Source: an uncultured Pseudomonadota bacterium (GTDB taxonomy: Bacteria; Pseudomonadota; Gammaproteobacteria; Burkholderiales; CAIKXV01). Taken from it: DNA of 64,000 nt. Below the pieces are notes generated by a model, which was given only the letters and a program-made list of their open reading frames with translations, searched no databases and was not told where the DNA came from. The stretch spans positions 8,281 to 72,280 of the forward strand of contig CAIKXV010000192.1 of the NCBI GenBank assembly GCA_903831455.1. The letters are read 5' to 3'. Of the stretch, positions 58,994-64,000 are shown piece by piece (positions within the stretch are counted from its first letter, which is position 1; each line of letters opens with the position of its first letter). The position numbers and the translations under genes were made by a program.

Positions 58994-60052
58994 TCAGGCC
59001 TGCGCGGTCTCGATCGAGGCCTGAACGGCTCCCACCTCGGCCACCAAGCAGTCGAGCAGCGACTCGATCCACTCGCCCGGCACGTCCTCGCCGATGAACA
59101 CCAGCCGGCTGCGCCGGTCCGCGCTCGGCCAGGCGTCCAGCCACTGCAGTGGATGGAAGACGTGCTGCACGCCCTGGACCACCACCGGGCGCTGCGGCTC
59201 GCCGTCGATCGCGACGATGCCCTTGACCCGAAGCAGTCGTTCCCCGCAATGCTCGGACAGGGCCTCGACCAGCAGGGGGAGCACCGCCGCTGGCAGCGGA
59301 CGCTCGCGCACCAGGATCCAGCGATCGACGCCACCGAGGTGATCGTCGGGTCTGCCGCCGCCGCCGGTACGCGCCACTCGCCATGGCTGGACCGCCTGCG
59401 CGGCCGACGACCAGATCGCCGCTGCATCCGAGGCGCCGGCGCGAGTCGGCAGCACCGGCGCATCCGGATTCAGCGCGCGCAGGCGATCCTGCAGCGCAGC
59501 GCCCGCCGCCGGGTCGAGATCGGTCTTGGTGACCACCAGCGCATCGGCCATCGCTACCTGCCGGCGGGCCGTGGGCTGCTGCTCGAGCGTGCGTGCGGCC
59601 AGCAGCGCATCGACCGTGGTGATCACGCTACCGCCGACATAGGCATGCGACAGTGCGCCATCGAGCATCAGGGCTTGCAGGATCGGGGCTGGGTCCGCGA
59701 GTCCCGAGGTCTCGATCACCACGCGCTCGAAGGCGGGCACCCGCCCCTGCGCCCGCCGGCTCGCCAGTTCCAGCAAGGTCTCGACGAGGTCGCTGCGGAC
59801 CTTGCAGCACAGGCACCCGGTGGTGAGCTGGATGAACTGCTCGTCGCTGGTCTCGACCAGATCGTGGTCGATCCCGACCTCGCCGAACTCGTTGACGATC
59901 ACGGCCGTGCGTGCGAACGCAGGCTCGCGCAGCAGGCGAGAGAGCAGCGTGGTCTTCCCGCTCCCGAGGAATCCGGTCAGTACATCCACCGGCAACGCCG
60001 GGCGCACGCCCGGCAGGCGGGGACCGGTGCTGCGCGAGGACCGTACGCTCAT
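58994..60052 (-). CDS. COG0523/CobW-family G3E GTPase (metal chaperone)
   Basis: Only the C-terminal 352 aa of ORF 58994..61645 are credible, starting at ATG 60052. Features: [11 protein letters not shown] (Walker A), GCLCCKV (CxCC), ETSGLADP, and TKTD. Confidence 0.85.
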   Translation of the reverse strand: MSVRSSRSTGPRLPGVRPALPVDVLTGFLGSGKTTLLSRLLREPAFARTAVIVNEFGEVGIDHDLVETSDEQFIQLTTGCLCCKVRSDLVETLLELASRRAQGRVPAFERVVIETSGLADPAPILQALMLDGALSHAYVGGSVITTVDALLAARTLEQQPTARRQVAMADALVVTKTDLDPAAGAALQDRLRALNPDAPVLPTRAGASDAAAIWSSAAQAVQPWRVARTGGGGRPDDHLGGVDRWILVRERPLPAAVLPLLVEALSEHCGERLLRVKGIVAIDGEPQRPVVVQGVQHVFHPLQWLDAWPSADRRSRLVFIGEDVPGEWIESLLDCLVAEVGAVQASIETAQA

Positions 60053-60408
60053 GTTGGGGACACCCCGACCCGAGCGCGCGCCTGGCTCGCCACGCCAAGC
60101 GTCTCGCGCAGGGTGCGCAGCACGCCGGACACCGACGCGCAGGGCTTGCGCCTGACTGCGCGCTGCCGTACATCGGCATCGTCCACGGAACTGCCCGGCT
60201 CGAGCCAAAGGATCCACCAGCGCACCGGCTGCTCGTCGGGCGCGGCCGGCAACAGCGCAAAACGCCCGCCAGCGGCGAGGTCCACGCGCACCGCATGGCC
60301 GCAGCCGGTGCGCGACTGCCCGTCGATACCCCACAGGTCCAGGCTGCACGCGAGCAGGCGACCGAGCTGCCCGGGGGTCACGCCTGCCGGGATCGGGGTA
60401 CCGCTCAC
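60049..60408 (-). CDS. Hypothetical 119-aa protein, translationally coupled to the COG0523 GTPase
   Basis: The ORF exactly fills the gap between the hydantoinase stop (60412) and the GTPase start. Its TGA overlaps the GTPase ATG (ATGA at 60049-60052). GTG start at 60408. No family recognised. Confidence 0.4.
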   Translation of the reverse strand: MSGTPIPAGVTPGQLGRLLACSLDLWGIDGQSRTGCGHAVRVDLAAGGRFALLPAAPDEQPVRWWILWLEPGSSVDDADVRQRAVRRKPCASVSGVLRTLRETLGVASQARARVGVSPT

Positions 60409-60411
60409 GGT

Positions 60412-61842
60412 TCAGACGTCGCCGCCGGCGAGGATCGCAGGGTCGATACGCCGCGGCAGAAAGCGCCCGTCGGACAACTCGCCGGTGAACCGCCCGTCCT
60501 CCACCACCACCTTGCCGCGCAGGACCGTCATGCTCGGCCAGGCGTGGACCTCGTGCCCCTCCCACGGCGTGTAGTCGGTCTCGTGCAATTGCTCCTTGCG
60601 CACGGTTCGCGCAAGGCCGGGATCGAGGACCGCAATGTCGGCATCGCTGCCGGGCGCGATCGCTCCCTTGCGCGGGTACAGGCCCATCAGCTTGGCCGCA
60701 TGCGTCGAGGTGAGATCGACGAACTTCTCCAGCGACCAGCCCCGACGCCCGACCATCTCGGTGTACATCACCGCAAGGCGTGGCTCGACGCCGGCGTTGC
60801 CGCCGGTGGTGTCGTCGATTCGGCTGCCCTGCAGCTTGGTTGCGAGCGTGCAGCACAACTCGTCGGTGGCCACCGTCTGCAGCGTGCCGTCCTCGGCACC
60901 CGCCCATAGCGCCTGCCGGTCGGTTTCCGACTTGAGCGACGGATAGGTATGGAACATCTGCCCGCCCGGGCGCTGGTAGTCGGCATCCGTGTACATCAGG
61001 TACTGGTGGAGCGTCTCGCCATAGACCGGGCTGCCGCGCTCGCGCGCCTCGCGGATCGCCTGCACCCCGGTGGCGGCACTCACGTGCATGAAGTAGATCG
61101 GCGCACGGCCGGGCACGCTCTCGGCCAGGCGGATGACCCGGCGGAAGGACAGGTCCTCCGAGAGCGTGTTGTGGACCTCGGACAGGTACTGGAAGTGGGT
61201 TCGCCCCTCCCGTCCGAGCTTCTCGTACATGTGCATCACGATGTCGTTGTCCTCGCCGTGCACCACGCACAGGCCGCCCTCGCGCGCCGTGACCTGGAAG
61301 ACCTCCCAGATGTCGCCGAAGTCGACCATGCGACCCCGACGGCTGGGCGTGATGTCGGTGGTGAAGAGCTTGATGGTCGGATAGCCGTTGCGGATGGCCT
61401 GCGCCAGCTGCTCGGGAATGTCGGGGGGCAGTTGTCCCTCGACCATCACGTGCAGGGAATAGTCGCAGTGGCACTGTCCGACCCAGTCCTGCTGGCGCCG
61501 ATCGATCGCCTGCGCGATGGTGTTGCCGTGGGTCCAGCGCACGAAATCGATGATCGTGGTCGTGCCGCCGTAGAGCGCTGCACGACTCACCGTCGCGGGC
61601 GGATCCGACAGGCCCGCGCTGCCATCCGGATTGGGAACGAACCACAGGCAGTGCACGTGCGGATCGATGCCGCCCGGCATCACGATGCGGCTGCCCGCGT
61701 CGATATGCCGGTGCGCGCTGCCCGGGCCGAAGGTCCCGCGCGTGGCCACCGCAGCGATCGTCTCGCCCTGGATGGCCACGTCCACCGCCGCCACCCCGCT
61801 GGGTGTCACCACGCGCTCACCACTGATCACCAGGTCCAGCAT
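60412..61842 (-). CDS. Cyclic amidohydrolase: dihydropyrimidinase / D-hydantoinase-like
   Basis: ORF 60412..62148. ATG 61842 lies 5 nt after GGAGG. Features: [27 protein letters not shown] (carboxylated-Lys context), [20 protein letters not shown]. Confidence 0.85.
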   Translation of the reverse strand: MLDLVISGERVVTPSGVAAVDVAIQGETIAAVATRGTFGPGSAHRHIDAGSRIVMPGGIDPHVHCLWFVPNPDGSAGLSDPPATVSRAALYGGTTTIIDFVRWTHGNTIAQAIDRRQQDWVGQCHCDYSLHVMVEGQLPPDIPEQLAQAIRNGYPTIKLFTTDITPSRRGRMVDFGDIWEVFQVTAREGGLCVVHGEDNDIVMHMYEKLGREGRTHFQYLSEVHNTLSEDLSFRRVIRLAESVPGRAPIYFMHVSAATGVQAIREARERGSPVYGETLHQYLMYTDADYQRPGGQMFHTYPSLKSETDRQALWAGAEDGTLQTVATDELCCTLATKLQGSRIDDTTGGNAGVEPRLAVMYTEMVGRRGWSLEKFVDLTSTHAAKLMGLYPRKGAIAPGSDADIAVLDPGLARTVRKEQLHETDYTPWEGHEVHAWPSMTVLRGKVVVEDGRFTGELSDGRFLPRRIDPAILAGGDV

Positions 61843-61925
61843 CTCTTCCTCCCCCATCGAACCGGCGACGCCTCGCACCGGACTCATGTCTTTCCGATTA
61901 CAGCGCGGCGGGCTGCGCGCGGATC

Positions 61926-62927
61926 TCAGTCCACCCGTATCCCCGCCGCGCGGATGACCTTGCCGAGCGTCTCCACCTGGGCACGCAGGAACCGGTCGAA
62001 CGCGTCCGGCCGACTGGCCTTGGGCTCTGCACCGAGCGCGACGATCCGTTCGCGCACATCCGGGAGCGCCAGAATGCGCGCGACCTCGGCCGAGAGCTTC
62101 TCCACGACCGGGCGCGGCACGCGGGACGCGGCCAGCAACCCGAACCACTGGTCGAACTCGTGCCCCGGCAACCCGCCCTCGGCGACCGTGGGAATCGACG
62201 GATAGACCGGGGATCGGGCCGGCGTGCTCACTCCCAGCGCCACGACCCGGCCGTCTCGAATGAAGGGGGCGGCGACGCCGAGGGACAACCAGGCGAATCC
62301 GATCCGCCCGCCCGCCACGTCGTTGAGCGCCTCGACCGGCCCCTTGTAGGGCACGTACGGCGCCTTGACGCCCGCCTCGAGGTTGAACATCTCGCCGTTG
62401 ATATGCGCGCCGCTGCCGACACCCGCCGAACCGTAGTTGATGACGCCAGGTTTAGCCTTCAGCAAGGCGATGAGGTCGCGCACCGATTTCACCCCGAGCG
62501 CGTTGGCCGCGACCAGCACGTGGGCGCCGGTCACCACCTGCGACACGCCGGAGAAATCGCGCAGCGTGTCGTAGGGCAGCTTCGTGAACAGCGATGCACT
62601 GGCCGCATGCTGCGCCGACACCATCAGCAGCGTGTGCCCATCCGGATTGGCGGCCAGCATCGACTGCGAGGCCACCACGCCGCCGCCGCTGGGGCGGTTG
62701 TCGATCACGACCGGCTGCCCCCATTGCTCGGTCATCTTCTGGCCGACCGTGCGGGCGAGCAGGTCGGTCAGGCTGCCCGGCGCGAAACCGACCAGCATGC
62801 GCATCGGGCGCTCGGGAAAGCGCGGGCTCTCGGCGGCGAGGGCGCCCGGCACGACCGGCAGCAGCACCGCCGCCGCCAGCGCTCGCAGGCACGATGACAG
62901 ACCGCGCCTGGACATCGGGACATTCAT
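61926..62927 (-). CDS. Bug/TctC-family periplasmic solute-binding protein
   Basis: ORF 61926..63323; ATG 62927 after AGAGGA. Signal MNVPMSRRGLSSCLRALAAAVLLPVVPGALA. Motifs FPERPMRMLVGFAPGSLTD, DNRPSGGG, PDGHT, VPYKGP. Confidence 0.85.
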   Translation of the reverse strand: MNVPMSRRGLSSCLRALAAAVLLPVVPGALAAESPRFPERPMRMLVGFAPGSLTDLLARTVGQKMTEQWGQPVVIDNRPSGGGVVASQSMLAANPDGHTLLMVSAQHAASASLFTKLPYDTLRDFSGVSQVVTGAHVLVAANALGVKSVRDLIALLKAKPGVINYGSAGVGSGAHINGEMFNLEAGVKAPYVPYKGPVEALNDVAGGRIGFAWLSLGVAAPFIRDGRVVALGVSTPARSPVYPSIPTVAEGGLPGHEFDQWFGLLAASRVPRPVVEKLSAEVARILALPDVRERIVALGAEPKASRPDAFDRFLRAQVETLGKVIRAAGIRVD

Positions 62928-63087
62928 CGGATCCTCTGCTCGGCAGTCAAGGGAGTATCGTCTCGGGCAAGCGGGCATGCGGGCATGCGACGTCCGTGCC
63001 TCGTCGATCCCAGCCAGTCTATCTCGGGCGCGCCGGGCTGTCGTGCCGATCGACGCGGCGTGGCTGCCGATGCCGCCCGGATCACGG

Positions 63088-64000
63088 CTACACCAGCGGT
63101 ATCTCGATGCCCTCGCCGCGCGCTCGCGCCTCGCCGATGAGCACGTGCGCCATCGCGAGATCCTCGAGTCCGAGGCCCTGCGACTCGAAGACCGTGATCT
63201 CCCCGGCCCCGACCCGGCCGGGACTCCGACCGGCGACGACCTCGGCCAGCGGCTGCAGGCGCGACCAGTCGAAGTCCGGGCAGAGCAGCAGGTCGCCGCA
63301 TTCGGTTCGTGCGACCTCGACATCGTCGGCGATCACGCGAGCCGCCCGCGAGAGCGTGACCGGGTCGATCTCCTGCTTGCTCGCGAAGTTCGAACCCACG
63401 GCGTTCACGTGGGTTCCGGCGCGAAGCCAGCGTCCGTCGAACAGCGGGCGGTGCGCGCCGGTCACCGTCGTCACGACGTCCGCCTCGGCCAGGGCCGCCT
63501 GCAGATCGACCACGGGCTCGAGGCGCGCCGCGACGCGCGGCGCCATCTCCCCGATGAAGTCCTGTACCCGCTGCGCCGAGCGCGACCACACCTGGACACG
63601 CTCGAGGGCGGGCAGCACGAGCGAGATGGCCTCCAGCTGCGCCTGTGCCTGCCAGCCCGCGCCGATCAGCACCATCACCCGGCTGTCGGGGCGTGCCATG
63701 TGGCGGGTGGCAACCCCGGTCGCCGCGCCGGTTCGCACCTGCGCGAGGCGTTCGGCCTCGATCACCGCCTCGAGAGCGCCCGTCGACAGCCGCCATGCCA
63801 GCACCTGGAAGCTGGAGCCGACGCTGATGTCCTGCCGGACGATCGGGTACACCTTGACCGCAGCGAGATCGAACGCGGCGGACATCGCGCCCATCGAGTT
63901 CACCGTCGCGCCATGCAGCGCCGCCCGATGACGAGCAAGATTCACCGCGTCGCCGCGGGCGACTTCCGCGAACGCGGAGGCCACCGCATCGAGTGCAGCC
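63088..64000 (-). CDS. Ornithine cyclodeaminase/mu-crystallin-family protein (5' end beyond the window)
   Basis: Features: RTGAATGVATRHMARPDS, VLIGAGWQAQAQL, TVTGAHRPLF, THVNAVGS. The reading frame stays open to position 64000, so the N-terminus is truncated by the window edge. Confidence 0.8.
   Translation of the reverse strand, partial: AALDAVASAFAEVARGDAVNLARHRAALHGATVNSMGAMSAAFDLAAVKVYPIVRQDISVGSSFQVLAWRLSTGALEAVIEAERLAQVRTGAATGVATRHMARPDSRVMVLIGAGWQAQAQLEAISLVLPALERVQVWSRSAQRVQDFIGEMAPRVAARLEPVVDLQAALAEADVVTTVTGAHRPLFDGRWLRAGTHVNAVGSNFASKQEIDPVTLSRAARVIADDVEVARTECGDLLLCPDFDWSRLQPLAEVVAGRSPGRVGAGEITVFESQGLGLEDLAMAHVLIGEARARGEGIEIPLV

Noticed and set aside
60053-61645. N-terminal 531-aa extension of the COG0523 GTPase ORF (58994..61645)
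   Set aside because: The extension overlaps the hydantoinase gene in another frame and is Arg/Pro/Gly-rich. The GTPase domain begins right after ATG 60052, which overlaps the upstream ORF's stop.

Overview
Very GC-rich chromosomal segment (by eye about two-thirds G+C, not computed). It has the hallmark of Burkholderiales-type betaproteobacteria (Bordetella/Achromobacter/Cupriavidus/Comamonadaceae-like). Ten orphan Bug/TctC-family solute-binding protein genes are scattered among catabolic enzymes: three MmgE/PrpD paralogues, RidA proteins, an M20 peptidase, an acyl-CoA dehydrogenase, an IorAB-type molybdoenzyme with cytochrome c, a hydantoinase with a COG0523 GTPase, and an ornithine cyclodeaminase. 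A housekeeping block lies at 50.1-56.2 kb (guaB-guaA, DUF4124, ratA-rnfH, smpB, rhomboid). I call 54 CDS. I saw no rRNA, tRNA, CRISPR array, intact transposase or integrase. All protein calls rest on motif recognition in the supplied translations plus start-codon/RBS inspection; no searches were run. Most interesting: a ten-gene, same-strand, translationally coupled cluster at 33.3-43.4 kb. It joins an ArsS-type radical SAM/Cys-rich enzyme, a DedA::FAD-disulfide-reductase fusion and DUF547 to a SelD-associated-type flavoprotein, a PhnDEC-like ABC importer, a degenerate metallophosphoesterase and DUF3047. It is flanked by two large secreted orphan proteins (a Kelch beta-propeller and a 714-aa Cys-rich protein). 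I read it as a candidate uncharacterised metalloid (Se/As) or oxyanion-processing system. Other notable items: a single-chain triple-RidA protein; a visibly AT-richer islet beside the guaA 3' end carrying an AbiEi/AbiEii type IV toxin-antitoxin pair and an orphan transposon-end-like tandem repeat; and an ScfR/PrpR-like regulator with an AT-rich repeat operator.
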